A DNA stretch of 64,000 nt from Oikopleura dioica. Its lineage: Eukaryota > Animalia > Chordata. The stretch lies in the NCBI GenBank assembly GCA_907165135.1, contig OU015567.1, positions 15,996,001 through 16,060,000 of the forward strand. The letters run 5' to 3'. A program made the translations under genes and the position numbers. The notes under the pieces are model-generated. The model saw nothing but the letters and a program-made list of their open reading frames with translations. It was not told the DNA's origin and did not search any database. Of the stretch, positions 1 through 13,331 are shown piece by piece (position 1 is the first letter of the stretch; every line of letters starts with the position of its first letter).

Positions 1-1648
<1,648 letters not shown>

Positions 1649-1818
1649 TTTTACCTAAATAACTTTCTGTTTTCAATTTCCAGACCCTTTAAATTTGCTG
1701 TTATGCTCGACTTTCTCTAACTTTTTCTTTTCAATTACAGAGAAATTTCAGAACACAACCTTGGAGTGGTCATTACCCAAAAAAATATATAGCCATTCGT
1801 CATTTTAGATTTTTTAAC

Positions 1819-3310
1819 ATGGAAAATTTACCTTCGTGGACTTCTCAATCTCTCATACAGGTATCGTATTTCTGCATCGTCTAAAATATCGAGAGCTTGT
1901 GTTCTGAATAGGTGCATTCAGACGCTGTCCAGCTTGACGGACTCGAAAATCGAGCAAAGCGTTGAAAAGAGCGAGTCCGAGTATAGAACGGTCTCAATCA
2001 AAGACATTTCGCCGGCGCTGGCATGTCCGCTCTGCAGCGGCTACATCATCGACGCGATCAGTTTGGATGGATGTGGGCACGCTTTCTGTCGCGGCTGCAT
2101 TCTCACTAGGGTCGGACCCCTTACTAAGGTTTCCTTAGTTACTAAGGGTAAGGGTTTTGAAACTGATGAAAATCAAGAAAGGCCTAAGGAAGGACTAAGG
2201 GCCTTCCTTACTAAGGCCTTAGTAACCTTAGTAAGGATTTGATTTAGTTCGTTTCGCAAAAATGTTCTTCTTGATAAAAATGCCAGTTATTTTAGTCAAC
2301 GACCCTTTACCCGACCGATTGGGTATTTTTCTTGCTGTCAGTAAGTTGCCAAGAGACATTTTTATCAAATTCCTTCACAACTTGTCCTTAATTCCTTTCC
2401 TTACTAAGGCTTTTGTAAAGGCTTTTTGATAAAAGCGTTCTCGAAATGTGTAGGCCGTCGAAAAAATCCTTTTTAAAATCCTTAGTAAGGAAAGGAATTA
2501 AGGAAAAATCGCTTAGGATTGAAGATCCTTACTAAGGATCTCTGAAAACTAAGAAAGGAACTATGGTAAGGATTTTTTTCAGCCGAAATCCGAAAAAGGG
2601 TAAGGAAAAAATCCTTACCTTACTAAGGAAAGGACCCTTAGTAAGCAAAAAATTAAGGAAGGAAGTCCGACCCTAGCATTCTCAGACACGCTCACGTAAG
2701 TTGACTTCAGCGGAAAGCGCGCTAAAGCTGCTGGTTTCAGGATTCAAAGAAGTGCCCGGTTTGCGAAGTGACGATGCACTACACGGACCCGACGAAAGCA
2801 ATGAAGAGGGACCAAGTGCTCTGTGATTTGATTTATCTGATGGTGCCGGGGCTAATGAAAGCGGAGCAAGAATCGCGCGAACACTGGCGTGAGCCAAACG
2901 AGCTCCAAGCGTTCGAGCTGGAAAAGCTGCTCTCGTTTGTGATGCTCCCGAAAAAGACCTCTTCGTTGAAGACCGAGTGTATTTTGCGTCTTCCTGCCCA
3001 AGGCAACATTGGACATCTGAAGACGGCGCTGTGCAACTTGATTAATAATAGACGCCCCAAGGAGATGGAAATAGCCGCCGACGACTTGTGTATCTTGGCG
3101 AGTAACTTGCCACTGGAGAACATCTTGACGATGAGCGACATTCACGACTACAACCTGGCGCTCGACTTTCAGGACATAGAAGGCGTCGACAACCAAAGAG
3201 TGAGCGAAAACTATAAAATGACATTTTTTCGAGAGTTTTTTAAGTATCCCGTGCTTCACTACCGCCTCATCTCGGAGCCAAACTCTGAAGAATCCTCAGA
3301 CTCGGAATAA
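1819..3310 (+). CDS. Polycomb group RING finger protein (PCGF/BMI1-like)
   Basis: CPLCSGYIIDAISLDGCGHAFCRGCIL|RHAH|DSKKCPVCEVTMHYTDPTKAMKRDQVLCDLIYLMVPGL matches the PCGF C3HC4 RING and the following helix; a RAWUL-like C-terminal region follows. Predicted exons are 1819-1860, 1922-2105, 2677-2695 and 2741-3310. The RING exon is interrupted by a TIR element. Confidence 0.85.
2106..2676. mobile_element. 571-bp non-autonomous TIR element (MITE) with 8-bp TSD, inserted in the PCGF RING coding exon
   Basis: Perfect 12-bp TIR CTAGGGTCGGAC...GTCCGACCCTAG; TSD CATTCTCA at 2098-2105 and 2677-2684; many internal TTACTAAGG/CCTTAGTAA subterminal motifs. Confidence 0.92.
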
Positions 3311-3512
3311 AGCATCTCTCTGAATTTAAGAATGGTCCTTAGAAAAGCTCTCCTTCCCTTTCTCAAATCTTCTTCTTGTAAATATTACTTTCACTGCCTG
3401 TTTTTCTGTTTTCACATTTTTAAGTGGGTCAGCTTCTATCTAAGATTTCGAGCTTTAAAATCAGTTCAAGTTGCAATCGTTGATTTTCTTAAGAAAAAAG
3501 TGTTTTAATTTC

Positions 3513-5910
3513 AAAGTCGCAAAACTGGAATCCCTCAAAGCGACATTCTCGAGCGGGTCAGGACGAGCTCGTCCTGCTCCCAGCGAAAACGCAGTCGATT
3601 TCGAATCCGCCCGTTTGCCGAGTTCAAACATTCGCCTTCACGGAAACCGGGACGACGACTTTGAGGATGGGCGCCAAAGTCCGACGACGAGTCCCCGAAC
3701 GTTCAGCGGAAACAGTATCGTCGGACGCAAGTTTTCGGAAACTCCGACGGAAGGGACGATCTTGCGGGGTCTGTCTTCCTTGCGAATGGACGGACATCTC
3801 TGTGATGTGACTCTAGTCGCGGAAGGGCTCCATTTCCAATGCCACCGGGTCGTTCTCGCCTCGGCCAGCGCCTACTTCCGCTCCATGTTCACCTCCAACA
3901 TGATTGAAAAAGACAAAGGTCTGCTTCTTGTCCAGTGCTACGTGACTAAGAAACTTGCTTAGAGTACATCGAGCTGAAAGACATTTCGTCAGATGGTTTC
4001 GACTCGATCTTGAAGTTTATCTACACGAATTCCATCGTCCTCTCTTCACGCAATATTCAGTACATTCTTCATGCCGCCACGATGCTCCAAGTCGAACCAG
4101 TCATCAAATTCTGCTGCCAGTACTTAGAAGAAGAAATCAGGTACCGCCAGGCTTTTAAACTCGCACGATAAATGTTTGAGTATTGGAAACTGCGTGGAAA
4201 TTAAAAATTTGGCGCGCTTTTTTTCGCTCAAGGAAGTAGAGGACGCCGTTCAAAATCACATTCTGACAAATTTCGCCAAGTTCGTGCACACTGAGGAGTT
4301 CTTGAGATTACCCGTCGAGGATCTGTGTGGCATTCTTAGCTCCGACTCGTTGTGGGGCCAATCGGAGCTTGAACTGTTTAAAGCTTCGGACAAGTGGCTG
4401 CAGCATGATCTGCCGAACAGGTCCCAGTACATCCGACAGGTCATGAAGTAAGAAAACTTAGTTCCATTAGAATGTTTAATTAACGTCTTCAGCAATATCC
4501 GATTCCCTCTTATAGCTCCGGACGACCTGGACGAGAAGGTCGAAAACGTTGACTACATGAAAGGAGAATGCATGGAGCTCCTGCTAGAAGCCTGCAATTA
4601 CCACATGCTTCCATGGAAACAGCCGATCATTACTTCTCCAAGAACTCGTGTCCGCGGTAGTGCGCCCTGCTTGCTAGCGCTCGGCGGAAAGGGTGAAAAT
4701 TTCTCTTTGTCTAAAGAAAATCGTTGATTTTTGTCCTAGAAAGTACGAATATGGTTTCGAAAGAAATCCAAGTTTACCACAAAGCGCTCGGCGACTGGGT
4801 AAAACTGAGTGAAATGGAATCGCCGGCGTATTGCCACTGTCTTGTCGTCCTCAACGACTACTTGTTCGTCGTCGGCGGTCAGGAAATATTTGGTGCGTGC
4901 ATCTTGCCGGACTAGAGAATAAGCAGCTATTTAGACAACAACGGAAACACGGCGACGAACTCGGTGTTTCGATTCAACCCGAGATTCGACAAGTGGGACA
5001 GAATGGAGTCCATGAGAGACACGAGGACGGACTTTCACGTCAGCGTTCTCAACGGATGTCTCTACGCCATCGGCGGCAGAAACAATCGTGGACCGCTCTC
5101 CAGCGCGGAAAAATACAGAGTTGATAAGTAAGCACCAATATTAGAGAATTGCTTTTTAACGTCGAAAATGGCAGGAACAAGTGGGAATACGTGAGTAAAT
5201 TGCCTCAAGCTGTTTGCGCGCATGCAGGAGCTTCCCTTGACGGCAATTTATACATCTCGGGTGGATTCGCCACGGACGGATTCCAAAAAGGTGTCTTTTG
5301 CTACAATCCAGACGATGATAAATGGGAGCCAAGGCGGAATCTGAATAGCGAGCGGGGACTCCACTGCATGGTCGGCTTCAAGGTTAATTTCAAAAAATAG
5401 CTGTTTCCATTTATTGCTGAGATTTAGGAGCATTTGTATGTAATTGGAGGGAATAACAAAACAGGCGGCTGCCGGAAAGACATTCTGCTGACTGAAATTT
5501 ACAATCTAAAAACGGACCAGTGGACTGAAGCGCGGCCCCTTTTCGAAGGGCAGTCCGAAGCAGGAGCAGCTGTTGTCGACGGGAAAATCTACGTCATCGG
5601 AGGACACAACTGGAAGGAGAGAAAAGATGTTAGAACAGTTGCTTGTTATGACCCGGAAACGTGAGTCAAGGCAGCTGCACGGAGCTCCAAAAAAATAAAA
5701 ACAGTAGAATCGGATTTGAAAGTGTTTTTAAGGAACGAGTGGGAGAAAGCATCCGAGTTTCCCGAGGCGCTTACTTCCGTCGCTTGCTGTTCCCTTGTTT
5801 TGCCGAATGCGACGGTGGCAATGCTGACTCGAGAGAAAGAGAAAACTAAATCGATCGACCAGTTTGACCTGCTGATGGATACCGACTCCGTCGAAGACGT
5901 CATCTCCTAG
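3513..5910 (+). CDS. Kelch-like BTB-BACK-Kelch protein, KLHL9/KLHL13-like; start codon not located
   Basis: BTB (LCDVTLVAEGLHFQCHRVVLASASAYFRSMF), BACK (ELELFKASDKWLQHD) and six kelch repeats (FRFNPRFDKW, ERGLHCMV, GQSEAGAAVVDGKIYVIGG), joined by canonical short GT-AG introns. Confidence 0.85.
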
Positions 5911-6312
5911 CAAAATGCTAGTTACTTTCCTGCTGCTTTAACTTCTTTCTTGATGTCTCTGTAAATCGCCATTCTATGTATAGAAGCATTCTATAATTGC
6001 ACATGCAATTTTCTTTGAACAAACCCGTTTGCTTGGTTCTTGAAGAAAACAAACGGTTACTTTTTTTCTTTCTACGAGAGTAAATGTCGTATTTTCTGTT
6101 CTAAGTACCACCATGTCCACCATTGAAGATGTGTTATTTATTAAATGACTCGTCGATTTTTCGTTCGGTTTTCCAAAAAAAATGAATCAACTTCAAAATG
6201 ATCCAGGGCGACAAAATCGAACGAAAAAGAGGTCTATACGGCCGATTTCAACTGTGCTTTCGGTCTCTCTGGCTAGAGCTTGTTTTCTTTAGAAATCGGG
6301 TTATAGGGAGGA

Positions 6313-9300
6313 ATGAGCGAAAGGCTGCTCGTTTCGACGGCGCTTGATGCTAGGGATGAAATCGAAGATTACTGGTTGAAGCACAGAGACTCTGTTCTCC
6401 AGCAAGTTAAGCTCCCGAATCCAGACTTGATCGATAGTGATACTTCGCGGCTACTTATTCAGGACAGAGTAAGACTAGACTCCCCTCCCAGTTGCGAATG
6501 TCACATTCGGAATGTAAGATTGTAAACTCTGAAGCAGGCTTGTCAACAGAACAACCCAGACGAGCTGCTGGTCGGTGCGTGCTGCGTGTTCATTCTCAGC
6601 AAAGACGAGCGCGTTTCGCAGCTGTGGCTGAATGCGCTCTGCAACGCGTCACGTGACTCGCTACAAACGACGATCGGGCGCGTCGTCGACTTGATCTCCA
6701 GAAAATATCCGAAATTTACAGATCACGTGCAAGTGAAAATAGTGCGGCTTCTGGCCAATCTCGCCGAAAAAGGATTCGGTGCGCATGCGATTGTCAACAT
6801 TCTCCTGCGACAGATAACTGGGGGCAGTCTTTCAAACGAGAACTTGAGACTCACAGGTAAAATTTTAAGTTTTCGTTTGTTTTCATTAAAATTCAAGAGA
6901 CGATGCTGGACGTGTTGATCGGAAACCGCAATTGGCTCGAGCGCAACACGGAATGTTTTCAATTCGCTACCTTCCGCTACCTCCGTCTTATCCAGGACCA
7001 CTACGGCAACCCGGCCTGCGAGCGTCTTTTGCATAAAGAGATCAATTTCGTCATTCATAACCTCCGCAACAAGTTTTCGGACATTCTGCCCATCGGAAAG
7101 GACCTTGTTCGCTTACTGATGGCAGTCTGCGGAATCGACGTCTTCCGCGAGTTCTGGACGGCGCTGCTCAATAATCCCCAGTCGCTGCAGCCCAAGTTCA
7201 CCGGGCTCCAGGAACTGCTCAAGATCCGCACGCCGACGAAATTCGTCAAGCTCAACGTCACAGTCGAGCTCCACAACAAGATTTCGTTTATGCTGGCGAA
7301 GGTGAAGTTCGGCCAGCACCACCACTACGAAAAGTGGCTCGTCAACAAGTACCTCTCCTCGATGACGTCACAGACGCTGATCCCTGATATAATGCGCTTC
7401 ATCGTCGCTTGCATCATTCCCACTAACGAAATTCTCGCATCCGATGTTCTGCCTCGCTGGGCCTTCTGCGGCTTCATGCTCAGCCAGTGCAGTAATCTGC
7501 AGGCGACGTCCTCCGCCAGGTTGAGCCTCATTTGGGACTGGCTGCTCTTCAACGAGAACAGGAACACAATCATGGACATCGAGCCAGGGCTGCTCTTGAT
7601 GCAGCAATCAAGGAAGACTCACCCCCAGACGACGTATGGGCTTCTTGATTTCCTCCTGCGCCTTGTCAAAGAGTTCTACCCGCCGATGGAGGACGAAATA
7701 AAACGAGGAATTATAAATAGCTTTCGCTGCTGCATTAAAGTGAGTGCCATTCTTTCCGCCTTGGCGTTTCCTTTTCACATTTTCAGGTCGGAGTCGCAAA
7801 GTCAATCGAGCCGATTTTGATAGAGACGCAGCGTTACGCTGCCATTACACCCTGCCTTCACAGCATGATTCAGCAGAACTTGCAAGAGTTTATCCGCCCG
7901 GAGCACCGAGTAAAGATAGACGCGCCGGGGAAGAAAGCGCCGCGCAGAGCAGACCCTGTCGATGGTCGCTTCTCGGACGAAGACGAAGACTCAAACGACG
8001 CGTCAGACGTAAGAAGATCGAAAACGGAGAGTTTGCCTCTTTTGAAAACTGGGGAAGCTGAACAGAATGACAGGCAGATAGAAAATTCGAAAGCAAGTGT
8101 AGTGAGCAGGGCGGATTTTCAGAATCGCTATTTTCAAATTCTGGAGCAGATAAATGCGCTGAAACGCGATACAATGAGCTGCGCAGTTGAGCTAGACGAG
8201 AGGATAGAGAAAATCAAGTTGATCGACATGGACATGGCGGAAGCGATGGAAAACCTAATCAAGTTCAAATCCGAGGAAGACGAGTTTGCTCACCATCTCG
8301 ATATTGTCCTCTCGAAAGTGAGCGCGTTCGATAATGGGCCCTTCGACAGCGACATTTGCGACCCTGTGGCGACTTGTATCTACAGGAAAAGTTAATCAGG
8401 CAAAACAACTGATGTGCAAATTAATTAATAATTATATTATCAACTTCTTATTCTTGGATTTCAAGCCTTCCAAGTAACGAATAATTCAAAGCAGTCAATT
8501 AACTTTATCAGCCTTTGTTACGGATCGTACGAGCCGATCCGTATTCCGAGCGAGAAAGCAGACGATGACGAGTTCGACGAGTTGCTAGGTCGCCCATTGT
8601 ACATTTTATTTCGTCAAATTCTGGAGCGCATAGACAGAGGAGAAGAACTGGAAAATCTGATGGACTTGCTGGTAAGTCTGCAGAACAACGACGGACGAAC
8701 TGTGCATCACTTTCTGTTCTACATTTACGGCCACAACTTGCAGCACAAAAGCGACGGCTGGAGCCTTTTCCCCACTTTCTGCAAGAGAATTACCGAAACT
8801 GAGCAAATTGAAGCGCTGGAAATACAGCTGCCACTCTCCATCGCCTCTCTGCTGGAGCACGAGCGGGGTAGCTCGTTGATTTTTATCAAGACGATTATCG
8901 ATCTTTAGAGTTACTTTTTCGGCTTCTTCCAAAGATGTACAAAGAGCATGCCAAGCTGCTGATCAATCATCACGAAGTGACGCGTATAATTCTGTCTGAG
9001 ATTACGCCAAAAGACCTTCAGTTTCTACAGGTTGCAAAAGCGCATTAATCACCCTTGTGACTGATTTTTAGACTCGACTGATGGTCGGCGAGTTGACCAT
9101 GTTCAAGACGAATACTCCGGCGAATCAGAACGACTTTAAGAATCTGCTGATCGATTCTCTCAACTGGGAGTCTTTTGAGCAGCAGGCCCTCTGGGTTCTG
9201 GTCTTTGCGCACAAAAATGTCAAACCTGAGTCCTGGGGCGTAGTCGTTCCCTATTTGAGCGAAGAAATTCATTTCGGTAGAGCTATTGGCAATAATAATA

Positions 9301-10392
9301 TCACTTTTGATTTGTTTTGTTTGCAGAGGCAGTTACCGCGATTTCGAACTACTTCTACGGGCGGGACGAGTACAAGCCCTCCCAAGAGCTCTCCCGGCTG
9401 TTTCTTTGCGCGAAGGAATCCAGATGGATCGCCGCGTTGATGATGTTGTTTTGCGACAGCGAGGAGAAGCGCAAGAACTTTTACGAGCAAATAGGCACAA
9501 CTCTTATGCTCAGTCTCAAGAAAACTCCGGTGATAGATTTCGCTTCTTTTCTCTCAATTCAAGGTTTATGTAGTCAAGCTCGCAAGCTGGGGGAAGGAGA
9601 AAGCGTCAATTCGACGGAGGCAGCAAAAAAGAGGAGCCATCCTTCGTGGGCATCTTGAAACACCTCAATCTTTTCCGAATGACAGTCGAGAACAGAGCAA
9701 ACACGGGTGATAAACGTAAGAACTCTGTTTTTCCTTTGAATTTTTTGGAAATTATACTAGCGGATAGAGAATTGATTGAATTTTTCAGAAATGCAAAAAC
9801 TTTCAAAAAAATTGTGTCTTGTCCTTGTTATAGCGCTTCAAAGGCGCCATGGAGATTAGTTCTCAACGCGACTGTTAACGGTTTAAAAAGGGGTAAAAGG
9901 GCATACTAATTAATAGTACGATCTGCATTCAACGTTGAAAAAATTTTTGCGTGCCGGCGTTAACTTATAATTTGTTGAAGGAATGCGAAAAGCAGCTAAT
10001 GATCCTAAAACGATTCTCGGCGACGACACTTTTCTGTCAGTGCTAATGGCGGCGAAGGACAACTCGTCGGCGATTCCCGATGACGAGTCAGAGGACTTTT
10101 CCGACTTGTGGAAAATCATTGAAGAAATGGAAGTTTTCAATGACGATTCCCCGGTAAGTTTCGAATCAAATCGACTGAGAATTTTTGAAACATAATTTTT
10201 TTTAATTAATTTATTTTTTCGAAGGTTTGTTTCCTAGCGAAAATTTTACGTTTACAAGAAATATTCTGTCTTCAGAAGCAGAGAAAAGAAGCGGGGAAGA
10301 AGCAAAGCAAAAAACACAAAAGAACACCTATCGAAATAAGCGACGACTCTGAGAGCGATTCTGAAACTCCGCCCAAGAAAAAGCGAACGTGA
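6313..10392 (+). CDS. INTS3: Integrator complex subunit 3 (SOSS-A)
   Basis: N-terminus RLLVSTALDARDEIED and core TFRYLRLIQDH...IGKDLVRLL...ILASDVLPRWA...LIWDWL...IMDIEPGLLLM match INTS3; basic C-terminal tail PPKKKRT*. Multi-exon; internal boundaries are approximate. Confidence 0.9.
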
Positions 10393-10559
10393 TGGACTAA
10401 GGCGGAAAGTCGCTAAGTAACCATTTCTGTCACCGATCACTCTTCACTGCTGCTCTTTCCTTGCTTCACACTGAATGTACAAATACTGCCAGATAGACAC
10501 ATATACTGTATATGACGTACGCCCAAGATCATCGGAAGAGAATTGTTTTCAGACGAGTC

Positions 10560-13286
10560 ATGACATCGAACATCAGCAACTACAAAAAAATTGAGAAGAT
10601 CGGAGAAGGAACATATGGAGTTGTCTACAAAGTAAGGGCAATACTTGGAAATTTTCAAATCAGAAGATATTCTATCGTCGGGTGCGCGTCGATCGCTACG
10701 GTTTCGGGGTTTTGCGTCGATCCCTACGATGCGTCGATCGCTACGGTTGCGTCGATCCCTACGGTTGAAACTGACTCATGTCTAGGAAGGAAAGATAGGG
10801 TCTTCAACTTTTCTGCACGTGAACGAAAAAATACTTTTCAAAGACATATTTATGTGAAAATTTTATTGAATTTTCTTGTAATTCAATCGGTTTTTAGTTG
10901 AAGGGTTGGTACGCTCTTTATCATATCGTGAAATATTTTGCTAAAATTTGTCATTTTTCTGGCAAAAAAAACGAAAAATGCAAAAATAAATTAAGCAAAA
11001 ATCAATTCTTTAAAATCACTTCTCATCAAAGAGCCAACAAAGTAAAAACAGACAATCACGCAATATAGAAAAGCAATAACCCATTAGATCTTTTATGATA
11101 AGTTGCAGACCCTATCTTTCTTTCCTAGGCATGAGTCATTTCTAACCGTAGGGATCGACGCAACCGTAGCGATCGACGCATCGTAGGGATCGACGCAAAA
11201 CCCCGAAACCGTAGCGATCGACGCGCACCCTCTATCGTCGTATACCGTATACGGTATACGGGAAGGCTTCATTTCCCCAAGAGCTTCATTTGCCCAGGCT
11301 GCGGAGATGAAGCTATTTGGAAAATGAAGCTCTGGAGAAATAAAGCTCTTGAGAAAATGAAGCCTACCCGTCGTCTGGGGTCGGCGACCCATCTTTCAAA
11401 TAAAAGATGGGTTAGGGAAAGATGGGTTTTCCCGAAAGATGGGTAAGATGGGAATGATGGGAAAGATGGGTTTCAAAGATGGGAAAGATGGGTACCCGAA
11501 AGATGGGGAAGATGGGTTCCAAATATGGGAATAATGGGTCTCGGAAAAGGAAAGGATGGGTTTTAAGACACAGGAAACATTGATTTTTGGCCAAAACACA
11601 GGGTTTTTTCGACCAAGTTTAAACATAATAACTAAAATAATTTCTTTTTTTTTTCCAGATAACTTATAACTTTAAAGTTCTATAATCACAAATCCCCATA
11701 AGATGGAAAAAACTGTATATTGACCCATTGACCGTGTAAATTGACCCTTTTATATGCTTATTTTCGACAACTCAGGCCCTGTGTGAGCAACTCAGGCCTG
11801 TTTTTTAACTCAGGTCGGGGTCAGGCTCAGGGTTTTTTTTTCTCGAGCCTCGATTTTACTCAGGCACACAGGTCAGGGCCTACGTACTCAGTACTCAGGG
11901 GCCTGACTCAGGGTTTTTCTCAGGTCAGATTGCCGAGCCCAGATTTTAACTCAGCTCAGCTCAATTATTTTTAGAAACTACTGTACATCAGGTTTAGAAA
12001 ACTAGATAGAAATCCGATGTTCAAACTGAGTGAAACCCATCTTACCCATCATTCGAACCCATCTTTCCCATCATTTGAACCCATCTTTCCCATCTTTCGG
12101 GAGACCCATCTTTCCCATCTTTCAGAATCAAAAGATGGGTTATGGAAAGATGGGTTTACCCATCTTACCCATCTTTCCCATCACCCATCTTTCCCATCTT
12201 ACCCATATTTGAAAGATGGACCGCCGACCCCAGCCCGTCGTATACGGGCGTATTTTTCATCAAGATATTTTAATGTTGTTCAGGCAATCTACCAGCCTGA
12301 TAAGCTGGCCTCGGCATTCTGTAACGGATCCTGATACATGAGTTAAGGACTAAAATTTTAGCGAAATCGGGACTTTTTCGTCCTTTTTAGTCAAAAAATC
12401 AAATTTTCAAACATGATTTTGAGGGTGTTAGAGTCGAGATAGACCCCCCGAAAAATGATTTTTTCCCATCATTTGAAACCATCTTACCCATCTTTGGGGA
12501 GACCCATCTTTCCTATCTTTTAAAGATGGACGGCCAACCCCAGATACAGAACTTCCCTGTTCTGTTTCCTGTGTTAAAGTCGAGCGAAATAATTTTTGAC
12601 CTGTGTCTGTCCTGTTTCTGTATACAGGATGCCGAGGCCAGCTGACAAGACGACAGTAGCTCTGAAAAAGATCCGAGTAGAAGGCGATGATGAAGGAGTT
12701 CCGAGCACGAGCATTCGAGAAATCGCGCTTTTGAAAGGTAAACAAATATTTCGAGAGCTTACACTGACTCCTCTTCAGAGTTGAAACATGAAAACATCGT
12801 GAAACTAATCGACGTCTCGCTGGACGAAGAACAACTGTTTCTTATTTTCGAGTTTCTCTCTTGCGATTTAAAAAACTACCTCGACAAGCAAAGACGAGCG
12901 AAGAAAAGGCTAGACCAAGTGACGGTAAAGTCCTACACCTTCCAAATTCTTCAGGTAGCCGTATATCCGAAACAGTTTCAATCGAGAATTATTAAAAACG
13001 GAACTCAGGCACTGTCGTTTTGTCATTCGAGAAGAGTACTCCACCGAGATCTCAAACCTCAAAATTTGCTGATTTCGCCGGAGACGGGAATTCTCAAACT
13101 CGCTGATTTCGGCCTCGGTCGCGCATTCAACATCCCACTCCGAGTCTACACTCACGAAGTCGTCACACTTTGGTACCGAGCGCCAGAAGTGCTTCTCGGC
13201 TGTTTGGTAAGCGCCGAGAAATAGTTTTGTTGATAATAATTTTTATCTATTTGATGTAAATATATGATATATTTATATATATCATA

Positions 13287-13331
<45 letters not shown>

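Noticed and set aside
6198-6291. Upstream ATG and mini-exon as the INTS3 start
   Set aside because: Splicing it to 6292 hits a stop, and homology begins at the 6313 ATG.
8386-8511. Possible GA-AG intron in INTS3
   Set aside because: A canonical GT(8391)-AG(8465) intron also keeps the frame open, so a non-canonical site is not required.
10632-12628. Direct splice from CDK1 exon 1 to TATACAG at 12627 via a GG donor ([13 protein letters not shown])
   Set aside because: MPRPA is TIR sequence. The exon at 12284 with canonical sites gives correct kinase spacing and explains the TSD.
10512-12745. ORF-track entries such as 10512-10901, 11093-11392, 11396-11626, 12017-12334 and 12428-12745
   Set aside because: They translate MITE subterminal repeats (CCCATCTTT, GCGTCGATC) and are low-complexity artefacts, apart from the true CDK1 exon portions.
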